Below, in pieces: positions 22,033 through 45,049 of a DNA stretch of 64,000 nucleotides. The stretch comes from the human T2T-CHM13v2.0 reference genome, Homo sapiens. A program made the translations under genes and the position numbers. The notes beneath the pieces were generated by a model. The model had not been told where the DNA came from, ran no database searches, and saw only the letters and a list, made by a program, of their open reading frames with translations. The stretch lies in assembly GCF_009914755.1 (NCBI RefSeq), contig NC_060928.1, one strand, 5' to 3'. Every line of letters begins with the position of its first letter. Position 1 is the first letter of the stretch.

Positions 22033-22090
22033 CTTTAAAATTCTTAGGTGTAGTAATCTGAATTGGGTGCTTGGAGATACCTTGGATATT
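22033..22090 (-). CDS. POLN: POLN coding exon, 58 nt, phase 0-1 (NIQGISKHPIQITTPKNFK-G)
   Basis: aacag acceptor and G|gtaact donor; continues the PNLQNI-like motif in frame. Confidence 0.95.
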
Positions 22091-22984
22091 CTGTTAATAA
22101 TAAGAGACTAGCTTTAGTTAAAATATCTACTCTTAATCTGTACTACTTAGGGTATTTAATGTACATCACATTTTATTAAACATTAAAACAAGTAAGCCAA
22201 TGTAACATGCATAAGCACATTAATACTTAATACAGTTGTCTAATATCAAAACATAATTTTGGTGAATACACCACTAAATGTACTTAGCAGATTTGAGAAC
22301 AATTCCTTTTGACTCTAGCCTGTGTGACCCTTAACATAATTATGTACAGTCATTCTTTTTACAGCAGCCCAAATTATGAACTCAGTTAACTTAAAAATTC
22401 CTACAACATACGCTAATGGTAGATTTATGTGAAATTTGTATATTGTACTTTTATTTTAGAACACATTTTAAGATGAAAATTCTGGTCTCTTTGATGCTGG
22501 TCATTCCCCTCCCTCACTGCTCCTGGCACTTCGTACCTGCCTCTGTCTTAGCCTGTCCTAAACTTGGTGGCTTGTGCTACGTCCCCTGCAAACTCTTAGG
22601 GCCATCTGTTAAGCACCTTCACACTTTTACAACTTGGGCAATGTGCAATAGTTCACATGCTTCTAGCCCGTTTCAACTATTCAAATCATGAGAATTTCTG
22701 TCACAACATCCTTTGGATTCTTGGCAGTACCTTGGACAATAATACCCTGCTTTGTCTGGGAATAGAACTCACTGGGCATTATTAGTTGGTCTTGACTCCC
22801 TGGCTAAATCTGACGAATTGTGCCAAGCATCAAAGTCCTGCAATCTTACAGCAATGCTCCTTAGTTCCCCCTAGAAGCCCTGGGAAGTGGTAAGGCCACA
22901 TTGTCATCCTCATTTTTTTAAGATGAGGACATGAAGGCCTTGGGGTATTAAGTCAGTGGCTCTCAAGTTTTCTATACATTAGAA

Positions 22985-25395
22985 TCACATGATACCTCAA
23001 AAAATACCCAATATTTACAGGATAAGCTCAATAATAGTGTAGAGATGACAGAGAAAACAGCTATTGAATTTGAAGAGAGATCAATAGAAATGATCCAATC
23101 TAAAGAAGGGAAGAACAATAAACAAAGACTCAAGGACCTGTAGGCTAATATCAAAATACAATATCAAATTGTGTTCCCTTAGTTCCTAGAGAAAAGAAAG
23201 AGAATTGTGCAGAAAAAAGTTTTCTTAAAGAAATAATGGCTTCAAATTCTGAAATTTAGTGAAAGACATACTTTTTCCAATTTGAGAAGCTGAACAACCC
23301 TAAATATGGTAAATTAAAAGATAACCAGGCCCAGAAACATCATAATCAAACTGCTGAAAAAACTGTGATTTAAAAACAATCATCTTGAAACTAGCCAGGG
23401 TAAAATGACACTTTTCATGCTGAGGAACAGCAATGTGAGTGACTGCAGATTTCCTGTCAGGGACCATGCAGACCAGAAGACAATGGAGCCACAACTTCCA
23501 CAGACTGAAAGAACTGCCAGCTCAGAGCTCTTTATTCTATCCTCCAGGAATGAAGGTGAGTGAAAGACATTCTCAGATGAATAAAAATTAAAGTACTCTG
23601 TCATCTGCAGACCTGCTCTAAAAGAAATGCTACAGGAAATTCTTCAGGCTGAAGGGAAATGCTTCCAAAGGGAAACCTGGAACTTCAGGAATGAAAGATG
23701 AGCAACAGAAATGGTCAGTATCTGGGTAAATATAATAAATCAGCTTTTTTGAGTTCAATGGCTTTTGTAAGCCTTTTGCATCTTATTTGAAGTGGTAGAA
23801 TATGAAATATAAAAATAGCTTGTGGCTGGGCACAGTGGATCCCACCTGTAATCCCAGCACTTTGGGAACCCAAGGCAGGAGGATCACTTGTGCCTAGGAG
23901 TTTGAGGCCAGCCTGATGTAAATTTACATGGCTATTATAAAAAATGGCAAAAAAAAAAAAAAAATAACATGCTGTCAATAATGCAAAGAAAGGGGGAACT
24001 CTGATATACTGTTGGTGGGAAAGTAAATTAGTGCAGCCACTATGGAAAACAATATGGAGGTTCCTCAAAAAAAGAAAAATTAAAATGCCATATGATCCAG
24101 CAATTCCACTGCAGGGGATGTATGGAAAAGAAAGGAAATCAGTATGACAAATAAGTATCTGCACTCCCATGTTTACTGCAGCCCCGTTCACAACAGTCGA
24201 GATATGGAATCAGCCTAAGTGCCCATCAATGGGTGAATGGATAAAGAAAATGTGGTAAATATACACAATGAAATACCATTCTGCTATAAAAAGAATGACA
24301 TCCTGTCATTCGCAGCAACATGGATAAGCCTGGAGGCCATTATGCTAAGTGAAGTAAACCAGGTATAGACAGACAAATACTGCATGTTTAATTCCAGTAT
24401 ATGTACATAGTGGTAGCAGAATTGTTCACCTGTACCCCTGTGGAAAACAACTTTATTAACTAGAGTGCAATAATTGTGTTCAGTTGCTTCTGTCTTTTGT
24501 CTTTAAGACTCCATTTGTTTCAGGTCAGCATCTCTTTTCTCCCCCTGCCCCCCAACAACTTTCCCCAGTGAGGTTGTTTCACACAAATTTAATATAATTA
24601 GATGGACATGTCACATTCTGTCTCCCATCCTGAGATCCCCCGACTTCATAAATGACTTTTAAAAATTTACATACATTATAGTTCACTCTTGCTGTTGTAC
24701 ATTCTATTGGTTTTGACAAATGCATACTGTCAGCTATCCACCATCATAGTATCATACAAAATAGTTTTACCGCCCTAAACGATCCCCGGAGCTTTACTTA
24801 TCCAACCTCATCCCCAAGTGCCAGCTCTGAACTTTTGGAAACCACTCATCTGTTTACTGTGTCTACAGTTTTACCTTTTCCAAAATGTCACATAATTTGG
24901 AATCGTGTGGTATGTAGCCTTTCCAGATTGATTTATTTCATTTGGCAATATGAATTTAAGATTCATCCATGCCTTTTTATGGCTTTGTAGCTTATTCCTT
25001 TTTATCACTGAATAATATTTCTCAGTATGAATGTGTCACAGTTTATTTATCTATTCACTTCTAAAAAGACATCTTGGTTGTTTCCAGTTTTTGGTGATTA
25101 TGAATAAAGATGCCATAAGCATTTGTGTGCAGGTTCTTGTGTGGACATAAGTTTTCAAATTAATTTGGTGGATGCCTAGGTGTGTAATGGCTGGATCATA
25201 TGGTATTTAGTTTTGAAAGAAACTGCCAAACTCGAAAAGTGGCTGTACCATTTTTCATTCCCACCAGCAATGAATGAGTGCCTGTTGCTCCACACCCTCA
25301 CCAATTAATAATGTAAGGTTTTTGTTTGTTTGTTTGTTTTGCTTTTTGATCTTAGTCGTTCTAATAGGTATGTAGTGGGATCTCATTATTGTTTT
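22985..25395. mobile_element. Composite of old L1 pieces (sense ORF1-like, sense L1MA-like 3' end, antisense L1M 3' end) with an Alu monomer at 23823-23917
   Basis: L1 ORF1-like purine-rich text; atatgatccagcaattccact; antisense ttcccaccagcaatgaatgag. Confidence 0.75.
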
Positions 25396-26133
25396 AACCT
25401 CCCCACCTTTTTGATACCACGACTTCTCCTCATCCTTCAAATCTGCACACAAGCAGACTTCCTCCTTTCCTTAAGGAGGAAACCTCCTCTAGCTCCCTAA
25501 TTAAGCAGGCTGGGGGTCTGTCACAATGCTCTGAAGAGCATCCTTGACATCTCTCAGTTCAGACCAAGTACTGATCACAACGTTGAACAGCTGGAGACCT
25601 GGATCCCCCTTTCCAGGAGCACCTCACACATAGAAAGTATGTAATACGTGCGTGTTTACTGAATGAGTGAGACAGAGAGGCATTGAAAGCATGTCAGTAA
25701 TAAAAATTGAATACACATAACGTACAAATTGCCACCTTCGACTAAACTCCTTCCTTCTGCTTGTGCCTTGTGCACGCATCCCCCCAATACTGATGATGTT
25801 CCGCTACAGAGAAAGCACCACGATATGCAGCCCAGGGCAGCAATGCAAAATGAACTCGCACACAAATCTGGCCTTCTGGGAGTTATTGTCTGTCATGACG
25901 TGTGTATCACACATACAAGTCACATAACGCAGGGTTCAAATGAACAAAATGAAAGGGTGTCACAGGAGACTCTCCATGGTGCTCTGAGGGAAGAAGAGAG
26001 TACTTCAGGCCCCTGAGGAGTGAGGCTGGGGAAATCAGCCTCACTCATGGCAGAGTTCCAAGAAATCAGGAGACAGGAAGCGGCCACAGAACCACATGTG
26101 TTTCTTCTGTAACCAACCTTCATGGGCCTTCAG

Positions 26134-26373
26134 CAAGGCCTCTCTGGAGGAGATATCAGCCCGTGCCAAGCTTTTCATGGCCAATGCTCCCCGTTGGTTG
26201 TGGCACTGTGCGCCAACCAGATCTGTGAATGTCTGTTCATGTGCACGGGTTCACATTTCCAAACACATGAAACACTGCTGCGCTTCTCTATGGGCCTCTG
26301 TGATGCAAGCAGCCATCAGACAGAGTGCCGTCCCTAACGCCTCATGAGCAAACGCATGTTCACAGGTGTCTAC
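26134..26373 (+). pseudogene. Candidate pseudo-exon (KASLEEISARAKLF...APTRSVNVCSCARVHISKHM...)
   Basis: ccttcag acceptor and AC|gtgagc donor; phase 2-2, compatible with both flanking candidates; same frame as ORF 26096..26347. Confidence 0.45.
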
Positions 26374-27080
26374 GTGAGCAATTAGCACATACAGCACGTG
26401 AACTACCAAAGACCGAGGGTGACCAAAGTGACTGTGGTGGGAAGCGACAACTAACAAGAGTCCGAACATCTGGGAGGAAGCTGGGTCCCACCAGGTGAGA
26501 GTCCAAATGTGGGAGAAGCCTGTGGGGGTCACCCAGCATACTGGGGGTGTGGATGAAAGCGTGGCTATCACACGCCCATGAGAGCATCGAAGTCAGACAT
26601 CACTCTAGCAAGCGGCTGCCGTCACAGACCAACACCACGTGCTAGCACGCAGGGGAACCGTTCGTGGAAGAAGAATAGAGAAGCGATCACTACCTGCAGG
26701 CATCCTCTACTGGGAGGGGCTAGACTCCCCATTACTCTCCTCGGGCGAGGAGCTGGCCACCCAGGCCGAGAGCAAATGGTGATATCTGAATGTTTCTGCA
26801 GGTGAAAGCCTCAGAACCAGCATACTCCTAATTTGTTGGAGTCAATCATGTTATTTACATTACATAAGCTGGTCCCCTCGTGTTGACCACCCATGAACAT
26901 TTCATCTCCCAGGTCCAACGAATGTCCAGGGGGCGGAGACCATGCCCATGTGTCTCCTAAGCTGAGCAGAGAGAGCACACAGTAACGCAATCATACAGCA
27001 GAATGACTAGTTTAAGTTCCCCAAACTACGGAGATGGAAGCAAACTGGAATAATTTTCTTACAATTTTAATCTCCTCTAG

Positions 27081-27301
27081 GGTATACAGTTTTCTGCTAT
27101 TACTGTGGACATCAGAATGTGTGGAGATCACTTCTCAGCTGCCTGTTAAATAAGCCCAGCTGAACCCCGCAGAGGAAGGCACCTGTGCTCAGCCCTCATG
27201 GGTTGCTCTGGGCAGCCCAAGTCTCCCATGAGTGGTTGCAGGGGAAAGTGCCAGCCATGTGGATGGGGCACATCCCAGCATCTGTTTTCATGGTGAACTT
27301 G
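27081..27301 (+). pseudogene. Candidate pseudo-exon, 221 nt (VYSFLLLLWTSECVEITSQLPVK*...)
   Basis: ttttaatctcctctag acceptor and TTG|gtatgt donor. Confidence 0.5.
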
Positions 27302-28659
27302 GTATGTTTTTGCAAATAAGAGAACTGATCTAAAAAAATTGAATGTTAACAGCCTTTATTTAACATTCAGTGAAAGGCAAGGTGCTGAGATGACGTTTTA
27401 ATTCTACAATGTGGCATTTGTTAAAATCTCAGTAGCTGTTAGTGAAATGCTATGCAGGGAATAGTCTCAGCTGTGGGTGAAGGGGTTGCACCCAGGAGGT
27501 ACATGAGCCCGTTGCTTTTCTCCCTAGGTATTGTGTGGGCCTGGGTATCTTCATCTGTCTACCTGACTGAAGCTCCAGATGGAAGGTGCCAAACTGGGGA
27601 GGTGGTGGAAATAAGGAAAAGGTGATGGCAGCCCTGCTTTTAATGTGTTGACTATGTCCTTGCAGCCTCTGGAATGAAGCCAAAGGAAAGTGATAGTCAC
27701 AGGGTCTTGGCCAGCCTGAGGGCATGCTGGCTCTCCTTGTCTTGAGAAAGCTGTGGCAGTCGCCCCACACGTGCCAGGCTGTGTGAGGCACCTGAGAGGT
27801 GCTGTGCAGAACAGCCACACGGCACTCTGCCCTCTGGACACAGCCTCCCGGGGCAGGGCCCACGGCGTTTTCACCGTGTCCCCAGCACCTACTACACAGC
27901 CCAGCACACAGGAGCAATTCACAAATAGTGGCTGAATGAGTAAGACGAAAAATAAATAATTTTCACAATAACCTAGCAAAGAAGGTGCTGCTTTTATCAT
28001 TTCATGGATGAGAAAAGTGAGGTTTCCATAAGTTAAGTAACTTGCTAGAGTAACACATCTATTGACTGAGCTGAGATTTGAACTCAGTTCTGCCCTAAGC
28101 CAAGGTTCTGTTGCCTCCAGAGTCCGCCAGACAATGCCAGCGGTCTCTTGAAATAATTTTTCTTGATTAAAAGAAAATCCAAGTGAAAACCACAACAAAA
28201 ACACAGAAAAGGGCAGCTGGCACAGAGCTCAGAGTGAGGGCCACAGCAGCACACCTGCTATGGCACCTGAGCCAGGCTGATGCCACTGCACTTGACCTAA
28301 GCAGCTCGTGGAGCCTGACCTGCAGCCTGAAGGGCAGTGTGGCCCTGACACCATGTGGGGTCTGGAACCCTGTGAGTGGCTTGGATGGGCAGCCCCCTCT
28401 GCCTGCTCCTCCTGATACACTCCCGTGGCCCCCCTCACCCACTAAAGCTTCTGCTCAGCTGCCCCCTCCCCAACCTCTTGAACACTGCTTTCCCGAGGCT
28501 GGCAATCGTCCCCCCACTACATACGTTCCATACATTCACATTTCACTCTCCTCTGTATCGTTTCTCATTCCACATGCGTATTGGCTGTCTCATGCCCTCT
28601 ATCTCCAAGACTCCATAGAGCAGAGGTGTTTCTTCGGTCGGGGGGCGGGTCGGTGGGGG

Positions 28660-28938
<279 letters not shown>

Positions 28939-29152
28939 GGATAGAGTTTTGACCCATACGGTGCAAGCACCCTGAACATCCTGGCACACAGGTGTTCAGA
29001 AAACATCTGTTGAATGAATGATGATGAATGGAGAGTGACAGGAAATGGGGTTGGAGAAGCAGGTGGGGTCAGACCACCCAAAGCCCTAAGAGCTAGGTGA
29101 GGAGACCAGACATTAGTTACCCCAAGAGCTCTGGGAGCCACTGGAGACTTTA

Positions 29153-29723
<571 letters not shown>

Positions 29724-30195
29724 AGGTGAAATCACTGTGCCTTTTTTTTTTTTCCTGATATTCCTGAAGGAAAGCTGAATGAAGAGGGTTGAGACTGGTG
29801 AGCATGTGCGCAGGCGTGGAAGCTGCCGGGAAAGGAGATGCTCATGCAGTGGACTCCGAGGAGCAAGGATGAGCACCCTTGACCACAACAAATGGGCAGA
29901 GGGAGAGGAGCCCCTCCTCTGGGAAGGGGACAAGCCGCAGGGTCAGAGGGGAAGGGCAGAGCCACACTGGGTCACCAGCAGGGCAGAGTGGGGAGAGGGA
30001 GGAGCCACGGAAACGGGCCAGGCCCCCAGGGGGAAGCGTGAGCCTCTGCCAAGCAGGGCTGGCCGGAGCTTGGGGCCCGCAGCTCCCCTGGGGTCAGCAA
30101 GGCTGTGGTCACTGTGCTGGGCAGCGTGACTCAAAGGGAGGCCAGGCTCCTCCACCTGCCAGCCTTTGGCCCTGATAATCCATTTTAAACTGCAG

Positions 30196-30356
30196 GTCCC
30201 AGTTCCTTAGTGGGTCACAAACAGCACTTTCAAAGGTGAACTGAATAGAAGAGAAAATAGCAATGTGCGCTGCACACAGTGGAACCTGCTCTGCATATGT
30301 CCCTGTCAAGAGGCAATGCACAGAAAGTACCAGAACGCTCCTCTTCCCACTGTGAG
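30196..30356 (+). pseudogene. Candidate pseudo-exon, frame uncertain
   Basis: aaactgcag acceptor and GAG|gtgatg donor. Confidence 0.3.
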
Positions 30357-30661
30357 GTGATGCATGGAATGAGGGGATGGCTCAGTTTACTCTAGATAGA
30401 AATAGGAAAATATTAAATCACTCAAAATAATAAAGTATAAAGATTTTAAAAGTTCATTTGGGTTTCAAATAGTGCAGATTTAGCAGTAATTATGTGGTAT
30501 ATGAACACCTTGCTAATAAATCTTTTGATAGATATTTAAATTATATGGGAGGAATATTCATCAGGAAAGCAGAAAAATAACATGGCAACAATGTAAAGGC
30601 CTTGATTAGAATTACTTCAGAATAGCACTTATATCATTTATGTGGGTCCTAATGAAAACAG

Positions 30662-30818
30662 AGCCTAAAGACTACATCAGGAAAGAAAGGCCTCTCCATC
30701 TGGGGGTGCAAGTCAGTGCCCTGAAGAAAATTTTATAAGACTCTCCAGGAAATAACAACTTACGAGTGGCTGGGGTTCTGGAAAACAGAATAGAACACTT
30801 CCTATTAGAACTCAAAAG
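30662..30818 (+). pseudogene. Candidate pseudo-exon (PKDYIRKERPLHLGVQVSALKKIL*DSPGNNNLRVAGVLENRIEHFLLELK-R); 5' end may instead be 30532
   Basis: Perfect AAG|gtaagt donor; a single TAA at 30736-30738; RGS helix 5-8-like pattern. Confidence 0.6.
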
Positions 30819-30865
30819 GTAAGTAATAAATAGCTCTTTCACCTTTTGTTGGGTACATTCAAAGG

Positions 30866-31563
30866 GATTATTTATTTATTTATTTATTTATTTTTTTGAG
30901 ACAGAGTCTCACTCTGTCGCCCAGACTACAGTGCAGTGGCACAATCTTGGCTCACTACAACCTCTGCCTGCCAGTTCAAGTGATTGTCCTGCCTCGGTCT
31001 CCTGAGTAGCTGGGATTACAGGCGTGCGCCACCACACCTGGCTAATTTTTCTCTTTTTAGTAGAGACGGGGGTTTCACCTTGTTGGTCAGGCTGGTCTCG
31101 AACTCCTGAACTTATGATCCACCCGCCTCAGCCTCCCAAAGTGCTGGGATTACAGGTGTGAGCCACCGTGCCTGGCCAGGATTTGTTAAATTGATGCATG
31201 GAATAGGTTTAAAATTTGTAACTCTTATTTCTGCTGACTGTAGGAATAAAATAATTTGCCACTTGGGCTGGACGCAGTGGCTCATGCCTGTAATTCCAGC
31301 ACTTTGGGAGACCAAGGTGAATGGATCACTTGAGGCCAGGAGTTCAAGACCAGCCTGGCCACCATGGCAGAGCCCCATCTCTACTAAAAATACAAAAATT
31401 AGCCAGGTATGGTGGTTGTACATCTGTAATCCCAGCTACTCAGGAGGCTGAGGCATGAGCATTGCTTGAATCAGGGAGGTGGAGGTTGCAGTGGGCCAAG
31501 ATGACGCCACTGCACTCCAGCCTGGATGACAGAGTGAGATTCTGTCTCGGGGAAAAAAAAAAA
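30866..31563. mobile_element. Head-to-head Alu pair (30866-31177 -, 31266-31563 +)
   Basis: Two Alu consensus matches about 90 bp apart. Confidence 0.92.
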
Positions 31564-31627
31564 TTGCCACTTGTGGAGGACACAGCTATTTGGGGCCACA
31601 CAATACTTTCTTTTCCATTTTGTTTAG

Positions 31628-31963
31628 AAAATGGCACTCGGATCTTCATGACGGTGCCCACCACCCCCCTCCTTTAAGCCAACCAGCAGACTTCATCGTC
31701 AGGCCGTGGAGACACAGGGAGACACTTGCCAAGGCATCTGTGAGACGCACTTCTTCATCCTTCTGTGAAGCTGCATGAGGCGCTCTGCATCCCCACTGGA
31801 GAGAAACCCAGCAAGCACCGCCCAGGCCTGCTGGGACCCGTGGGGAGGCTATGCAAGAAAGAGGCTGAGGAAAGGGCAGAGAGAAGCTGGGTGTGCCCAT
31901 ATAATGTAGGCTGCCAGATCAGACCTTGCCTGAAGCTAGCCCTTCTTCGGCCTTCTAGGTCAG
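31628..31963 (+). pseudogene. Candidate pseudo-exon ([32 protein letters not shown]...)
   Basis: ctttcttttccattttgtttag acceptor and CAG|gtaagc donor; in phase with the 30818 donor. Confidence 0.6.
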
Positions 31964-33224
31964 GTAAGCTGAGACATACCCTTAATTGTTTAGGTCAGCT
32001 GAGTTTGGTTTTGTGTGATCTGCAACTGAAAGTCTGCCTGAACACATGGATTGTGGTATTTTAACCTCCAGTTTAGACATGTGGGGAAAGCACTTGGTCA
32101 GTGTGGCATTCACAGCTGGTGGATTCAGAGCCCAGCTGCTCTCCCCTCTCTGTCCTTCTCCTTCCACTCACACTTCTGCTTCCCAAGGTGGTGTCTGGGG
32201 TGGTGGATGATGCTGGGAGCCTACATACCCCCCGGCACCTGAAGAGAGGGTCCTGTGTCCCCAGCTGTGGCCACCCTGTCCTTGTGGGCCTCGGCTGCCC
32301 ATGTCCTTGCCCTGTCTGCTCTGTTGGTGAAGTGTTCATGAAGGACTGCGGTGCGTTCTGTGCTCTCAGCACGGCCAGCATCTGGCATATGTCCTCTGCC
32401 AACTGGGCCCTGGTGCTGGCTCTGGCGACACTGTTACCTCCTGAAGCTCAATGGCACCCTCCCTGTGCACCTGGCTTTTGGCTGTCCATCTCACAGCTCT
32501 CCTCCATGAACCAGTGAGAACCCAGAAAACATGGGCAGCCTTGGTTTCCATACCAGGGGAGTGCAGGACCCCAGGACCACAGGAGCTTCCAGCCCCCTCT
32601 CAGGCTCCTTGGAGAGCTCGGCCCCCTCGGCATGGCACTCCTGGAGACTGCGACCCAGCCTGTGGGGCGCTGGCATTCCCCTCCTCTGGCTTTCCACCCA
32701 CGCTCTGAGTTTCTAACCCAGAGGGGCCAGAGGAAGTCAGAGCCTTTCAAAGACTCTTTCAAAGTGTGCTCAGCTCTTGGTTCTGCTCTCATGCTCTCCC
32801 CCTCAGCACCTCTTCCAAGCCAAGGAGGTACCCTCTCCCTCCTGTGAAGTGGGTCTCTTGCATCCTCTCTACTCAATGGCTTCCTTTATAATGTTAAACT
32901 CTAAAAATACAAGGCTTTGAGTCTTGATATTTAAAAGGAAGCTTCTGAAATTCAAAAATTAACAAAACAAAACACTTTTTGATCTCTCATGCCGATACTT
33001 TTCTTGTTTCTGCTGTGCCCTTTCACAAGTTCTAGTTGAAAGCCAGAGCTGAACACTGATTCCTTTATTCTCAGCTGTAACTCCCTCTCCCTCTGAAGTA
33101 ATAGAGGCCTCAGCCCTACTGGGCAGGCAGTCTCTAAGTAGCAAGAGGTGCTGGGAACAAAATATGCACTGGAGGGTTTCTCAAAACTACCCCTGTGCTA
33201 TCAAGTATTTTGTTCGATTAAAGC

Positions 33225-37338
<4,114 letters not shown>

Positions 37339-38414
37339 TTAAGCTGAATGATGAATACACACATGATCACTGTATTGGGCTCTATAGCTTGTTACTAGGA
37401 AAAGGGGTATCTCACTGAGCTCTGGTGTGGGGAGGGGCAGGCAGATAGGGGCAGGGGGCTGAACAAGGCTTTTGAGGACATGTCCCCTGCACTGAAATCA
37501 GAAGAACTAACGGGCAGCAGCCAGGCCAAGAAAGCTGGGCTTAAAGATATGTTCATGGATCTAGGGGCAGAAAAAGTATCTCGACAGAGGTAACAACAGC
37601 AATGGCTTGAAGGCAGGCGAAAGCATGAGGAATCAAGGAAACAAATTATATCAAAGTATTACCACCATAGGACAAAATGTTAATTTGGCTCCATCCCAGC
37701 TAGATACTAAAAAGCTAGTACAAACATGCTAATGCAACAGTGAGCATATATTTAGGAAAATAAAAAAACTAAGGGGGAGAAAGACTCACCAACCAAGAAA
37801 CCAAAGCAAATATCCAGCTAAATAATCCCTAGATTTTAACATTTCCAATTAATATAGCTATAACATTTTTAAAAATTAAATACTACGCTGCAAGAAAAAT
37901 GAGAACTCAAGATACTAAAGAATTCATAAGAATACAATGTGAAAGATCAGATATTTTGAATTACATAATGTTGATAAATTCTGAGCCAGTATCATGAGTG
38001 GCACTGTAGTGAAATGAGGACATTGACAAAAACTGGCTCTGCTGATGCAGAAACATTAGGAGAGACCTCAAAGCCACGTGTGATAAGGAGGTATTAGATT
38101 TAAGAATGTGGCTCCTGGCAGTGCAATGAGAAAAAAGGTCCTCAACACCTTCCCATGAGGAGGCCTTCGTAAAAAATGACAGTTCTAAGAGGGGCTTTCA
38201 AAACAAGGATTGACAAGATGATCCCTAAAGTATCTGAGTTGGGGAAAGAGGAGGATTTAGAAAAACAAGACTCCATGACCAATCCATGCCCAGGGTGAAG
38301 AGGGTGACAGTCCAGCATGGAGAACAGATTGGCCCACACTGTCAACAGGCCATAATACTGATCATGACCCCAAACCAAATGATTTTGAGACACTGAAAGA
38401 CAATTCAAGAGTAG

Positions 38415-38856
<442 letters not shown>

Positions 38857-38949
38857 TGAACAGAAGTGCAGGATGTTATAATACAGTATAACGAGCACTA
38901 TGCTAGAGGAAGTATAGGGAATATCTAGGAGGACACAGACTGAGGTTCT

Positions 38950-42650
<3,701 letters not shown>

Positions 42651-42799
42651 TTTGCACAACTGGTAGCAATGACTCTTTTTTCCTTCTTTTTTTATTTCCA
42701 TATAAAGGACCAGAAGCAATAACTTTCTCTTAGGAGGGGGTGTGTGTGAGAAAATTAGCTTTCTGAAAATACTGAGAACCAGCTATAACCTAAACCTAA

Positions 42800-43330
<531 letters not shown>

Positions 43331-44373
43331 ATAATCTGATTTTTAAAAATATTAGTCAACTGTATTTTGTGCACTTTAAGCAAAAAAAAAAAAGTAACTG
43401 AAATTCTAGCCATTTTATGGCATTATCATGTAACCTACATAGTATTTTCTTAAATAGTGTGCAGCTGGATTCAAGTTTTATGTGTAAAAAAATGGAAGCA
43501 CAAATGTTCTATCAGAAAACAGAGGTGAGTATTTAAATAATCTTGGAGCTGAGGACAGCCTGTCTAAGATGACACTAAGACAGAAACAATGAGGGATGTC
43601 AGTACAGGGGAAAGTCACCATAGAGAGTGGAGAAAGCTCTGCCACACATTGCTCAGGGCAGAGACAGGCTGAAAGCATTTTGGAAGGCAATCTAATAAAA
43701 GCTATTAAAAGTAAAAATGTAATATCCTCTGTACCCAGTACAGTAATTACTCAGTAATTTCATACCTGAAAATCTGTCCCACAAAAATACAAGTACCAAT
43801 ACAACAGGACATACGTGCATGGTGTTCATTGCAGCTTTACTTTTAGAGGGCAACTGTACAACACACCCACATGTGGAACACAAATAGCTAGAGTGGGACA
43901 GGCCTCTGTCAGGTGAGCTGCAGGGATCTCCACAAGCTGTTGCTGAGAGCAAAAAGCAAGAGGCAGGAAAGGAAAATTCTAAATCTGTAAAATAAATAAT
44001 GACAAAGTACATGTCTCTATGTGTATATGTACAGATATATATGGGCCTATATGAGATTGCATAATAAGTCAGAAGGAAAATATGGATATACAAGCTCTAG
44101 GCTGCAATCATGGGCTACCAAGAGCACTGGGATTGAGGGTGGAGGGCTGAGGTATGTAGGTGTGAGAGAAGTGTCTACAATAAAAACAACATATATAATG
44201 TGATCCCACTTATGTAAATGTGTGTGTGCATAAAGAAGTAAATTAGAGGATGGTTACCAAAATGTTAAAGATGGCTATTGCGGGGATATGGAGTTTTGAG
44301 TGACTTTTTACTTTGTTACTTACATTTTTATCTATTGTTTGAATTCTTTAGAAATATCATGTTATTTGTATAA

Positions 44374-44667
44374 TTTTTTTTTTTTTGAGATGGAGTCTCG
44401 CTCTGTCACCCAGGCTGGAGTGCAGTGGCGCCATCTCAGCTCACTGCAAGCTCTGCTCCCAGCTTCACACCATTCTCCTGCCTCAGCCTCCCAAGTAGCT
44501 GGGACCACAGGCGCCCACTACCACGCCCGGCTAATTTTTTTTGCATGTTTAGCAGAGACGGGGTTTCACTGTGTAAGCCAGAATGTTCTCGATCTCCTGA
44601 CCTTGTGATCCACCCACCTCAGCCTCCCAGAGTGCTGGGATTACAGGTGTGAGCCACTGCACCCGGC
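44374..44667 (-). mobile_element. AluY-like
   Basis: gcaagctc and caccattctcctgcc diagnostics; TSD tgttatttgtataatttt. Confidence 0.9.
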
Positions 44668-44687
44668 TGTTATTTGTATAATTTTAA

Positions 44688-45049
<362 letters not shown>

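Noticed and set aside
22553-22790. Plus-strand pyrimidine tract with AG and a fairly open frame
   Set aside because: No convincing donor or motif; cannot be distinguished from chance or an old repeat.
25810-25900. Plus-strand segment containing NLAFWE, RGS-like
   Set aside because: Weak donor and out of order relative to the neighbouring motifs, so it was left out of the gene model.
27450-28204. 155-aa and 217-aa minus-strand ORFs
   Set aside because: They overlap MIR/L2-like remnants, have non-ATG starts and show no motif.
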